Source of the DNA: Paraspadella gotoi
Lineage: Eukaryota > Animalia > Chaetognatha
Assembly (NCBI GenBank): GCA_051294375.1
Contig: CM119266.1
Span: 27,015,069-27,079,068, forward strand
Direction: 5' to 3'
Length of the DNA stretch: 64,000 nucleotides
Shown here: in pieces, positions 1 through 12,961 of the stretch
Layout: the number at the start of each line of letters is the position of its first letter
Numbering within the stretch: position 1 is the stretch's first letter
The notes under the pieces: model-generated
What the model was told of the DNA's origin: nothing
The model's input: the letters and a program-made list of their open reading frames with translations, nothing else
The model's database searches: none
Translations under genes and position numbers: made by a program

Positions 1-3000
1 CCCTTAACGGTTTTGGCCATTTCCATTGGGGGGGGTGGAAGGTGGGCGTGGAGAATTGGTGCGGAAGGGGGAGGGGCAAGCGCAACGGTTTTGGCAGCCT
101 TTTGGTGGAATAAAAGGTGCCTTCGGCCCCATCCCGCCTTTAACGGTTTAGCCATTTCGCTGGGTGGAAAAATGGGTAATGGTTGTGATAGCCCCTTTGG
201 AAATGGCGCGAACCAGTGTTGACCTAGTTATTTTTTCCGGTGGAGGGGTGGACGGGGAAGGTGTAAAACTTGGTTTGGTTTCCGATCAGTTTATAGATTT
301 AAAGTGCGAGTCTTCAATTAATTTTAATCGCTTATCTGTAACAGACTTTGGAATTCTGCTAAACGGTTTAAAAGGAATCACCACACACTTTCACCCGCCG
401 ACCACCCTTTAAACTAATTTGCCACTTTGCGAATATGCTGGCATCACCTCTTAAAGGTTTTTTTCTCTTCATGGAAAATCTACGTACATAAAGGAGACGG
501 CCAACCCTCAATAACGATTCCATCAATCCTTCCCGAAGCGGCGCTGTTAGTGGGGTTGCCAGGCGACGGGTTTTGAACTTTCCGTCACCGTCTTAATTTT
601 TTTCTTTTAAAATCATTTACTCTCATCGGTGGTTCTTTTTTTTCAAAAGTCCAATCCATTTTAACATTATATGTAGACAATTAGACATTACCTACCTTCA
701 AGTAAGAACGCCTTTCACAACGATGAGGAGGACTTTTTCCCCGCTTTCGTTCTCTCACCTCCGATGGTACCCTAATGTAACCTTACCCACTTAGATCGTA
801 ACCCTTACCTCGGGTTCCAACCAATCAACCAACCAAACCATGGTTTTTCAACTAGTCACAGAGCTTCTATCCCCCATAATTTTCATCCAATAAGAAAAAG
901 TTAAAAACCACATCTCTACCTAATCACAAAAATTGCCGCCCGGGCCAAAAACCCAATCACATAGCCTCCTCGCTACCGAGCCTGCTCCACCCAATCACAA
1001 ACCTCGCCGCCAAAGCCTTCCAGCCAATCGTTTTCTTTCTTTAACCACCGACAGTCATCTTGCTCGTCTTTAAAAGTTTTTCGTCTTATTAGGCTTCGCG
1101 CGACGACTAAAGAGCAACGACCTTTAGCGACTTTTCGAAGGCTCCTTCCTTTAAGGCTCTTCCTCCCGCTAATGTTCTTTGCGCTCCTTTTCACTCTCTC
1201 TTTTCAACAGTTTCTACATTTTACAAAAGTATATTTTCAGTTATTCACTTTTCTCAAAATTATTTCCCACCTTCATTTCTAATTTGATATTTTACTAATC
1301 TTCTCCCTCTCTTTTTAATACATTTTCAGTTATTCACTTTTCTGGAAATCATCTTAACTCTCTTCCCCCCCCCCTTTTTCAATGTTTAATAGTCTTCATT
1401 TTTCGATCCTCTTTCCTCTTCCCGCATCTTCACACACTTTTTCCTTTTCCAATCTCGTCTGCAGATTTCCTAATCTTTCCTTTTTTTTCTTTCGCTCCTT
1501 TTTTTTTTCCACATCATCGAGTTTGGGTGGGAAGCCGAGCTAACCAAGAACCACGGGCGTCTATGTCGAACCGACCTTAACTTTTGTAACTCTCGCGGTT
1601 ACCTAAACTTACCTGTCCTTACCTCACCTCTCTCCAAAATACAAAAACCTTGAACCTACTGTCCACCATTTTTTTCTTTCGTCCAAAAACCCCCACGTAA
1701 CCAATTTCTCCCTCACGATCTCTCAAGCAACCATCCAAAACTACCCCCCCCCCGGTGAAAGCGAATCTTGGAGCCCATAGACCCAATAGCCATTCCGAAA
1801 TCCGGCCCCCATCGCCCGACAAATGGCAGAGGCGCGTGAGACTCCGTAGCGCCCTATTTTTTTTTCTTTGGAGGCCGAAAACCAAAAAGCGGTAATTTAA
1901 AAAAAAAAGCGGATGCAGCGAGATGCGGAAGTCTAAGCATGTAGGCATAGGTAACTGCTTCGTTGCAGGATTCTTTTCTTTCTTTCGCCGAAATATATAT
2001 TCTTTCGAAATTTTTTAGTAGACAATCTCCGTTTGTTTACGTTTTTCAATCTGTCACCTTTCGAAGTTTGTTTACGACGAAGGAAATGAAAGAAGTGACA
2101 AGAGACAACCTTGAAACCGATAACTAAAATATTGCAAAGAAATATATATCATAACTATACAAGTTTCGTTATTTAATAAACAAGAAACATCCGGGGGAAT
2201 TATGCACGCTAAAAATAGTAAACGGAAGAAGGAAAAAAAAAAGGAAAAAAAAAATCTCCTTCTTGCAGATTCTCGATATATTCAAATGCTACGCCGCGCG
2301 TTTTCTTTGCCGCAATCGCCGCCGCAAAGATGCTGCGGATTCCTGCACCCGAAAAAAACTAATTAACTTTTCCTTTCGCCTTAGAAAAAAAATGCAGAGG
2401 GGGAAGGGCCCTTCCCCCTTAAGGGGTGGGGATGAGCGAAGGGGGGGGAGATAAGTTGGAAATGGACGGGGTCGAGATGAACTTAAAAGACAACTCTGGC
2501 CAATTTTTAAAGAATACAGGAAGTGAAAGAATGAGAGAAAAAGGGGGAAACAAAAAGAAAGAAATAGAGAGAAAGAGAGAGAGAGAAATAGAGAAAGAAA
2601 GAAAAAGAGAGAGAAACAGAGAGAGAGAGAGAAAAAAAGAGAAAAGAAGAAAGAAAGAGTAAGAGAGAAAAAAAGAGAAAGAGAGAAAAAGAAAGAGAGA
2701 GAGAGAGAAAATGAAAGAGAGAGAGAGAGAGAAAGAAAGAGAACGAGAGAGAGAGAAAAAGAAAAAGAAAGAGAACGAGAGAGAGAGAACTTTACCCTTT
2801 CCCTGAAAATGGTAGATGTTTCGTCCAAAAAGGTTATTTTTGACATCAAGGACGTATCTGTGCGTGAGCATCTCACTTCTATCGCGAGTTCACGCGTCTC
2901 TCCATCTCTCTCTCTCTCTCTCTCTCGCGTATCGCCAGATTCGCGATTAACTAGAAACGGAAAAAGATTTGCCCTTTTAACGGCTTTTTTATCCCGAAGA

Positions 3001-3064
3001 GAAGCGAGGCAAAGGGTGCCCGCGCGAAGGAACGCCGAGAGCGATTTTTCATTTCGCGCCCGAG

Positions 3065-3122
3065 CGCCTGTTTTGCGCCCGTTATGCGCCTGTTATGCGC
3101 CTGTTATGCGCCCGTTACGCCG
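3065..3122. repeat. 11-bp tandem repeat (GCC[C/T]GTTATGC) x~5
   Basis: Directly visible. Confidence 0.85.
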
Positions 3123-4644
3123 AGCTTTATTCGATGCCTTTGGCGCGAGCTACGGGGATTTGCGTTTAGAGAAGAGAGAAACTTGTTTAAAGGTTATTGC
3201 TCAAAATTGTCGAGAAAGCGAAAAAATAAGTTGATTCTAAGTAAATTAACTACGTTATTGATTTATACTAATTGACAAAGTTCACCTTTCTAGATTTATT
3301 TCGTTAAAAAAATAGTTAAAAATAAAAATATTTTCCCCGGTGGCACTCCAGAGTTAATAAGTTGTGTTTCTGAGAATGTTTATCTAAAAGAATATTCAAT
3401 AAATTTATAAAGTCAATATTTTAAAAGCATTGAATGTATGTATCTATCGCCACTTTAGCAAATTTGCATATGATCGTAAATTTATTGAATTAGTCTCGCG
3501 TTCGACGTACATGAATTATTCATAGCTTCACTTTCTCACAAACAATCGGCTTTTTACGATCGAAAATCCTTCCGCTTTGTCATAACCACTTCCCACTGTA
3601 CTAGACATTTATGGGATTCTCAAAATATGCAGGCGGCCATTCGTCACAACCGAGACGTCGGGATGGATTTTTCTTGTAACGTCAACACAGAGTGAGAGAG
3701 GGAGGGAGGGAGAGAGAGAGGGAGAGAGAGAGGGTCCGGGGAAAATGCTGGTAGCGGAGAAAAATGGGGCGAGGGGGAGTGAAGGAGGAAAGGCAATGGG
3801 GAAGGAGAGAGGAAAAGGATTAAGAGATGACAGGTAGAGGGTCGAGGGAAAGCTGAAGAGAGGGCGTGGCGGAGGCTGGGGGTGCGGGGTAGTAGAGGGG
3901 CAGCGGGAGGAAAGGGATTGAGGAATCCCGAATCGTCGAATGCTAATGGAACCAATTTGAAGAAGAGAAACGAATTGCTCTCTAGAGTTTATTCCCATGT
4001 ATGGAATAAAAGGGGGCGAGGGAGAAAACGGGAAGGGACGGGAAGAATGAGATAAAGGCCGAGGTGACGGGGAGATTAATAAGGAAAATGGGAAGGAAGG
4101 GACTAAAGAAAAATAAAGGGTGAAGGTAAAGTAGAGGAAGAGAGAGAAACTGTGGAGAAATGAAAAAAACGAAGAATTGGGAAGTGGGAGAGTGAAGGGA
4201 GGGAGGGAGAGAGAGAGAGGGAAATTGGAAGAGGGAGAAAGGGAAATAGAGAGAAGGGATTAAAGCTTTCGGGCATTTTTGGCAGAGAAGATGAACGAGG
4301 GAGGTTATAGAGGTTCGACGATCGGGGAATACGAGAAGAAAGGAAAGCGAGTTCGAGGAAAAGAGAGGAAAGGAAAAGAGGAAAAGAGAAAAAAGAGGAA
4401 AAGAAAGGAAAACAGAGGAAAAACGAAAAAAAGGGAGGAAAACAGTATAAAAGAAGCTGACAATCGACAATGGGGTTAAAGGAGCGACACAGAAACGGAA
4501 AAACTGAATGAGTTTGAAGAATCAATTCAGGTTGGGTAAGTTTAAGAAGAAAAAAGGAGACTCGAGTCAGCTGGTAAGGACTGGTGCGTTGCGAGGTCGA
4601 ATGGAAAAAACAGTCTGTCGACAAAAGAAGAAAAGGAAAGAGGG

Positions 4645-4685
<41 letters not shown>

Positions 4686-5528
4686 CGGATGCAGCGGACA
4701 AAAAAAAGGAAGAAGAGGTGAAACCAAAACGAGCGGAAAAAAAAGGATATAGAAATAAAAGTAGGAAGCGAAGACAGAGGAAAGAGAATATTAGGAAAGT
4801 TAAGAAAAAAAAAAGTAAAGAGAGAGAAATACAAAAAAAGAGGAGAAAAAAAGGAAAAAAAGAAGGAAGGTCTTGGAAGAAAAAGTGGAAAGTGAATTAA
4901 AGGAGGAAGAGTGAAAGAGGAGAGGAAAGGAGAGATAGCGAAGGAGGAAAGTGGAGGAAAGTAAGAAAAAGAAAAAAGAAATCGGCGAAAATGAGATAAA
5001 TGGAGAAAAGGAGGAAAAAGGAAAAGTAACAAAGCGAAAAGACGAAGGCGACGGAGGATTATGAGTCACGTAGAAAATTGGAGAGAATGAAATGGGGAAA
5101 AAAAAGGGAAGAAGGAACCAGAGGTTTTTTTTTGTTTTTGAGAATAGGGCGAGGGTGAAAACTGTCGCGGCCGCAAGGAAAAGCTTCGGGTCGAGTGAGA
5201 TGGGGTGAGGTTACGTTTGTGAGGTGGTTGTGAGATGGGGTGGGGGTGAGTGAGTGGGTGAAGTGACGTGTGATGAGCAGAAAGAATGAAAGGAAACGAA
5301 GAAGCTTTTGCCGTAGACTGATAGTTCAGGAGCGGAAATGACGTAAAGAGGGAACATTAATAGGAGCAAGAAAGCAGCTATGGAGGAGCAAAAGAGCATT
5401 TGAGAAGCGAGGAAAGAGTAGGATAAAAATAAGAGAAGGAGAAGGGAAAGAGCAGGAATAAAGCAAGGAAAGAGCAGGAAAAGAAAAAGGAGCAACGAAG
5501 GAGAGAACAATTTTATTGAAAGACAAAA

Positions 5529-5586
<58 letters not shown>

Positions 5587-7170
5587 ACACATTCTTTCAT
5601 CTAAAGAAATTCCAACTCGTCCCTTCTCTGATGATATGCATACTTTTCAATCTCGGCGCACGCGGGTGCACGCGCTCGCACGCGCTCGCACGCGGACGGA
5701 CATGGACGCATGCGCAAAGACCGTTTTCTTTCGTTGGTGGAAGACGCGTCGCGCGTTCGAATCGCGTGCGAGGTTTTAGCGCGCGCGAGAGCCTCCATCC
5801 GCCAGAGGCGTTAACAATGAGAGAGAGAGAGAGNNNNNNNNNNATCGAATGAAACTCTTCGGAAAGCAAAGAGTGGCTCAGGTAGTCCAGGTCGTTAGCC
5901 TCACCGATTCGCTCCTCCATTTCAAGGGTGAGTTGATGAATGAGTGAGGGATCCCTTTCTTATTCGGTGGCTTTCTCTCCCTCTCTTTTTCAGGAAAGAG
6001 ATTTGCCTGAAAACTGATTCCAACTTTGGGAGAGGAAGAAAGATGATAAGATGGTGAAAGGAAGGAAGGAAATCTGTATGAGGGTTTTCGTTTTAAGGGA
6101 AGGAGAAAAAAAGGAAGCGACGAACTGAGGAGAAAAAAAGGAGGAAAAAGAATGGAAAGTCAAGAAGGGAAAAAAGGAAAGAGAAAAAAAAGAGGAAAGA
6201 CCCGTTGGTGCCGTGAGAGTGACAGACTGAATAGTTTGTGACTAGAAGGGGGGGGAGACGGAAGAGTAGGGAGGAACTAGGAAAAGGGAAAAGAGAATGC
6301 AATATCAAGTGAGAAATAGATTAAAGATGGAGAATACAATATGGGATGAGACTATAAGGAAAGAGTGTGTTTGAAAAAAGGGTGTAATAGTAGGGGGAAA
6401 AAAAGAATGAAAAGGAACATAAAAAGAGATGATGAAAAAAAAAAGATACATAAAAAAAAATATGCGAAAGAAATAAGAGGATGCGACGGAGAAGGAGGAA
6501 GAGGAGGAGAAATCGTCGCGCCAGAGGGCGGAGATATCGGAGAACCGGAAAGCGGGTTGAAGCGTTATGCGTCGCGAAATGGAGTATTGAGTGAAGAGAG
6601 AGAGAGAGAAAAAAAAATCGTTAAGTCTCGACTCGCGCGCGCAAATTCAAACCAGATTTTCGGAAAAACACCAAAAAAAAAAAGGTGAAGGGAGGAAAAA
6701 AGGAAGAGCCGTGGCGGATGAGCGAGAGAGAGAGAAAAATAAAAGAATAAAAATTGAATCGAATGGATTAAATGTAGAAAAAGAGAGAAAGATGGCGATT
6801 GACGACCAAGAGAGAAAAAGAGGGAAAACAGAGAGCGATAATAAAAAATGAAAAACAGGATGTTTGAATCGCGTTTAATTAACACCAGAGTTGAGCGCGC
6901 TCTCTCTCTCTCGCTCTCACTCTCTCTCAATTCAAAGGAATAAAGGAGATGAGGAGAGGGAGAGAAAGTGGAAATCGCCCCGGAGCCGCCGACGAAGAGA
7001 TGCTTCACGAGGAAATGCCCGGCGAGCGGACGCCCTCGAAGCAGATGGAGAGAGAGAGAGAGAGAGGGAGACGAGTCTCTACCCTTTTCCTCCTCAGTTT
7101 TCAAAAGGACTTTTTTAACGGAAATCCTCTTGAGATTTTCATTGTCCTTTGTTTGAAAAACGAGTGGGAG

Positions 7171-7336
7171 AGGGGAATGCAGACGGGAAGGTGGAAAGAG
7201 GTAATTATGAAAGGGAATGCAGACGGGAAGGTGGAAAGAGGTAATTATGAAAGGGAATGCAGACGGGAAGGTGGAAAGAGGTAATTATGAAAGGGAATGC
7301 AGACGGGAAGGTGGAAAGAGGTAATTATGAAAGGGA
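7171..7336. repeat. Minisatellite, 40-bp unit x4
   Basis: AAGGGAATGCAGACGGGAAGGTGGAAAGAGGTAATTATGA repeated at 7171, 7211, 7251 and 7291, essentially perfect. Confidence 0.97.
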
Positions 7337-9458
7337 GAGTCGGAATGTCGGAATATATTAGAAGAGGTTAGATTGTTGTCGATCGGTTTGGATAGGATTT
7401 TGAAAGATTAAACAGAGAAAAAGGTTGAGTATTAAAGAGAAGACGAACGAGAAGAGTCATGATTATCACGGTTAAAGATATTTTTTTTTTGGAAAGCCAA
7501 ACGACGAAGTCACGGGATTGTTTGTGAACTAGAATTGTTGGTGAAAATGAGAGAGGGGTGGTGAAATAGTGAAGGTGGAAAGCGGCCTGACCGAAGGTGA
7601 TAATAAAAGGGGGGTGTGGGGGAGAAGCCAATGAGGGGCGTCTCGGAACCTGGCGTAATCATGAGTCGGCGATGAATAATAATGAGAGGAGAAACCCAAT
7701 GGATTTCTTTCTTCCCCCCACTATCTCTCTCTCTCTCTCTCTCTTCCATTACCGTCTCTCGAACTCCATTGTCCGAGAGTCACGTCGCCAATCCGTTTGT
7801 CCATTTCGTTGCCAGTTTCTCTGGTTAATTTTCTTTTCAGCCAATTCGACCGTCCATTCGCCTCTCTCTCTCTCTCTCTCTATCTCTCATCGCCTCCCGG
7901 TCTTGCACTCGCGAGCGCTCTCTCTCTATCTCCCTCTCTCTCTGTCTCTCTCTCTGTCTCAACCGGCTAATGCCTCCAGCCCATCCCCCTCAGTCTCATC
8001 ATCTATCTATTTACTTTTTTCTTGGTCAATTTACAGTGAGACACGAAGTAGATGGCTTGCATAAATAACCTACTCTTTCGATTTCTGATTGCTTTGGCGA
8101 GATGGAAAAAGTTATATTGATCATTTCGGCCAATTTTTTTAAATATAAAACTTTGAACATTCCTCACGTAAATAGCTGAACTATTTGAGTTTACAAAGGT
8201 GTCTAAAACAATGGCCTATGGATTCAAAAACGACCCTTAAAGTGTTCGTAGTACAGAATAATGACCACGTCGATCAACCTGATTGTCACGTCGATTTCAA
8301 AGTATTTTATGACGTCGAATGGACAGAGACAGAAACAAACAGTCACGAACGTGCCCCCTTGGACATGACATGACATGACATGACGAAAAAGATTTGCCAA
8401 CGGAACGCACTTCTAAGATAGAATTAAATCGATCGACAAAGTAGATCAACGACGACTCGATCTTCCTCGTTCGATAAAAATGAGAAACGCCTTTGGTTCC
8501 GTCGCGCGGATTCACCGTGAAAGAAAGTAATCTCCTTCTTCACAGACTCTCACTTCACGGAGGAAAGGGGGGAGGAAAAAAATGGAGAAATGGGGGAGCG
8601 ATATTGGGAGGAAAGGAAAGAGGTAATTCTTTGTCTCTCCAACACACATGTACAAAGAAAGGTGCGCTCTCCCTCTCCCTCTCTCTCTCCGGTTGGGAAA
8701 ATTGAAGCCTTAAGTCATGCGGGAGAGAGGAGCGACTAGTTTGCATTTAAAACTCGTCGCAGTCGCAGGCGTCGACGCCGCTGCCGACGCCGCTTCTACC
8801 GACGACGCCCACGACTAGCGGAATGGGAAAAAGGTGAGTTTCTAAAACACCCTCTTTCCTTCATTTTTTTTAACGTCTTTTTTATTCGCGCTGGGAACAA
8901 AGTTTGTAATTTTATTCAAGAAGAAGAGCGTGACACAATGGAAGGTTTTTTAAAAGACGGTTACTTGATAAGGGTTGCCGAATGCGGAGAGAGGAAGAAG
9001 ATAACAAAAATTTGGACCGAAGAAAATAAAAAGGAAGAAAGGAAGTCGCGAAACGAGGGAGAGAAAAAAAGAAAGAAAAAAAGCAAAAAAAAAAAGCAAA
9101 TGAAGGAAGTGAAAAAAATGAATCGTTAGAGATAAACGGAAATGAATGAAAATGGAGGGGAAAAAAAAAGAGGAAAAAAAAGGAAAGGAAGGAAACCGCA
9201 GTACGAAAACCGTCTGCAATCGCGTGGGAGGCGACAACGTTAGACAAGAAGAAAGAAAAAAAATATCCCGTCGTCTCGGCGAGAGATTGATTGCGCTCCG
9301 AGTAATATTATTTCAATTAACATCGGGTCGCCAATCAACGGACGTCAGCGTCGTTGCGGTTCGTCTTCGTCGTCGTTGTCGTCGTCGTCAGAGTTCATCG
9401 TCTTCCTCACGGTCTTCGTCGTTATTTCTCTCGGTGTCGTCTTTACGTATCTTTCTGT

Positions 9459-9626
9459 TCTTCTTTGTCGTCGTCTTCTTCCTCTTTGTCGTCGTCGTCT
9501 TCTTCCTCTTTGTCGTCGTCGTCTTCTTCCTCTTTGTCGTCGTCGTCTTCTTCCTCTTTGTCGTCGTCGTCTTCTTCCTCTTTGTCGTCGTCGTCTTCTT
9601 CCTCTTTGTCGTCGTCGTCTTCTTCC
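9459..9626. repeat. Minisatellite, 24-bp unit x~7
   Basis: CTCTTTGTCGTCGTCGTCTTCTTC tandem array, which explains the periodic pseudo-ORFs at 9146-9863. Confidence 0.95.
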
Positions 9627-10482
9627 CTATCTTCGTCTTCTTCGTCATCGGTTTTTTTCGCGCCAAACCGTCATGCACCGCGGCGTTGTCTACTTCGTCG
9701 TCGTCGTCGTCGTCGTCGTCGTCTCCTTCTCGTCACCACGACTACGCGCATGCAACCGCAATCACTCGAAGTAAACAAATATAAACAAACGCGCCTCAGC
9801 CATCTGTCGGTCATTGACGAAACTACGCGAAAAAAAAAGTGGGAGTTTCGGAGGCGGAAATGAAAGAAGCTTTCACGATCACGAGAAGAGGTTGAAGAGT
9901 TTGAGGGGGGGCGGGGGGGGTGAAGTGAGCCCCTTTTCCCCCGGGGGATTCTTTGAGCAATCTTCTCCCAAGGGAGGAGGTGTTGAACTTAAAAGGACTT
10001 TTGATTCGCAGTTTTCTTTATAATAAAGAAATTATAATAGTAAGAACTCTATGATAAATCTATTAATCATGAGTAATCTGTGATAATTAAAACTCGTGAG
10101 AATGGAAAGAAGATATTCCAAAGAATCAAAAAATATTTATACATTAATATTTATATATATTAATATTTATATAATTATTTATATGCAATAGAAAAGGAAA
10201 TATTGTTCTTGGTTTCTAATAACATTTTTGAAAATTAGAGTCGAGGCCCCCCCAAAAAAAACGAAATTGAAAAAAAAAAAATTCTTCCCGCCAAAAATTT
10301 CGACTCTCTCTCAATCTCTCACAAAACTTTTTTTCTCCTTCAATGCGGCGGCGGCGGCGGCGGCCGCCTAAAAAATGGCGGCGCCTTTCGCCACGGAATA
10401 TCAACCCTCCCTTCAAACGCAGTTCATTCGCCCCAGCTGCGTTCGCTCAATCTTTCCCGCGAGCGCGAGCCTTCAATTTCAT

Positions 10483-10522
<40 letters not shown>

Positions 10523-11538
10523 TCTTTTCGAGTATTCGCGACACTAAATCCGTCAGAGACGAATTCTGTTTTTTTCGAAACGTTTTTCTGGAATGTTTTT
10601 ATGTTTTTGTTTCTATTTTATTTAATTTTTTCGAAGATGTCAGTAACGATCGCGGTGTTTGTCAATGTCTGATAAAAAATTTGCACGTGAAAGTGAAACG
10701 ATCCGCGAAAAATTTTGAATGTTTCCAGAGTTTTATAAAGCTTTCTCGAGTATGCTTGAATAATATTGTCCAACAGGGGTAGAATTGCGTATAAATAAAT
10801 CTTTGCAACGATATGACCGGTAAAATACATTCACAAAGAAAGAGAAAGAAAGAAAGAAAGAAAGAAAGAGAGTGGGAGAAGGACATTTGCGGGTAGATGT
10901 AACAGAAGAGTAGGTGGAAGCGTGTGAGAGAAGGAAATGTATAACAAATATGAAAGAGGAAAGAAAGAAAAAAGAAAAAAGTCAATGGAAGCAGAAAAAT
11001 AAAGGAACATCGGGGAAGTATTTTTGGGTTGAATACAGAAGGAGGAAAAGAAACGATAATGAGAAAAATATTGAGGTAAAAGAAATAGATATGGAAATAA
11101 GTCACTTATGAGGAGAAAAAAAGGATACAATCGGAAGATGAAAGAGACTGGGAGTGGGTAAAGAAAATTATTAAGTCAAAAGAGGGGATAAATCAGTGCT
11201 ACGACTAAGTATCATTTTCTGGGATGCACAGTTGCATGCAATGGATGTTATAGAGAGAGAGACGATTTGGAGCCAGAAGGCGACAATGAACAGTCGGGGT
11301 TGGCGAGGGACTCGATCCTCAGTTGACTGTCGAAAACGAAGAGGCGAGCGGTGGTGACCTTTCGGCCGGCGTCTACCGCTTTTCAGTTCCGAGCAGGTGC
11401 CCCAAAGTGCCGACGCGGGCCGCCACTTTTATCAGCCTCGTCATGGTTTTGGGATGACGGGGAATATGTCAAAAAGATGGCGACGGAGAAAAGAACCGAA
11501 ACGACATCTTTGGAATCGAGAGGGAATTATAGCCGAAG

Positions 11539-11596
<58 letters not shown>

Positions 11597-12867
11597 TGAG
11601 AGAGAAGAAAGATAAAAAGGAAAGAGGATGTATGTAAAAAAACTGAATTGGAATTGAGATAGATGGGGCATACAGATGACGCAGATGAGCAAAAGCTAGA
11701 GGACATAAGGATATAGGTACACAAAAGAAAAGAAAGAGCAGACGAAAAACGGCAGAGAAGTCGTAAAAAGAATTCACAGAAAAAGAGAGGGAGGTAAAGA
11801 GAGAGGTAAAAAGAAAAGAAAATCATATGATATAGACGAAGGAGGGAGACGATCTAAAGGAAAAAAAATAGACGGCGGTGGAGGCGAGAGAGAAAAGAAG
11901 GAGAAAGAGAAAATATCATTACGATTTGCATATATGAGCGATGGGTATGCATCATCTCTGCCTTTCAGACTAGAAAGAGAAGACTAAGGGGAAGAAGAGA
12001 GAGGATGAAGAGGAGGGAGGAAAGGAAGAAAGAAGGAATGGAAAGACGAGGAAAGTAGAGGAAAAAATGAGAAAAATAAAAGAAGAAGTAGTAGAAGGAA
12101 GAAACGAAAATAAGGAAAGTAGAGAAATGAGGAAAAGAACTTTGAGAGCACTCTGCATTTTTTTTTCTATTTTAGGGAAAAGAGAAAAGAAAAATTTAAT
12201 TAATTTTTTTTTTTTTCGTTCGCGCGAGATGGATTTTAGTTTTAGGATTATTAGAGAATTCTTTTTCGAGTATAAAAAGGGAAAAGAGGGGGGCGTATGG
12301 TCGGGGGGGGGGCGGAATATCAAGATGAAGCGTTGAACCAAATCTTTGGTGACGAAGTGTTATTTACTCTGCTCGTCTTTATGAACAACGGAATCGAGAA
12401 CGGGACGTCGGGAGAAATATCACAATAGACAAGTTGAAGCGATATCTGCAGGCGTTATTTCGCGCCAACGACTCATCCCTTAATGAGCGAACCCCTGCCC
12501 CCTCGCGCCTCTTCGAAACGAGCGGCGAGCGCGCAACACGAGGACGAGGTATTGACTGGAGAGCCCGACGCCTCGGATCGTGCGAATGAAGAAGTCACAA
12601 TTATTCGATCAAGTCTTACGTGCGTAAAAAACGAAAAAAGGAATCGAATATTTAATTGGTCAGTCGAAGATAAAATGCTTAAAACTGTTAAATAATATAA
12701 GTCCGGAAAAGAGCTAGTTCTTATAATTTTATATCAAAATACTTGAGAATTTTTTTCCGATAACTAGTTGATCTTTTGTCGAATTCGAAGACGAAACGCG
12801 GCGCCGCGAGAGGTCGTGCGTAAAATGATTTAATATCGGGTCAATTCCCGTTTCGATGCGAACGTGC

Positions 12868-12961
12868 GTGGCACTGTCTTCCGGGGCACCGACGAGCGTG
12901 GAACGGGCTTGCGTGGCAAGGGCTTTCGTGGCACGGGCTTGCGTGGCACGGGCTTGCGTGG
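12868..12961. repeat. Minisatellite, 15-bp unit (GTGGCACGGGCTTGC) x~6, degenerate at the 5' side
   Basis: Directly visible. Confidence 0.85.

Noticed and set aside
1-210. Three loose copies of AACGGTTT..GC....GGTGGAA
   Set aside because: Too degenerate and truncated by the window edge to classify.
2289-5600. Long ORFs rich in F/S/L or E/R/K (e.g. 4103-5032, 309 aa)
   Set aside because: They are translations of AG/CT microsatellites and polypurine tracts, which lack stop codons by composition. No domains or splice structure.
7171-7336. 40-bp repeats as a possible CRISPR array
   Set aside because: Head-to-tail units with no unique spacers, no cas genes, and eukaryotic context.
9146-9863. Overlapping periodic ORFs (VVVVFFLF, LCRRRLLP, KRKKTTTT)
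   Set aside because: All derive from the 24-bp minisatellite, which is open in several frames.
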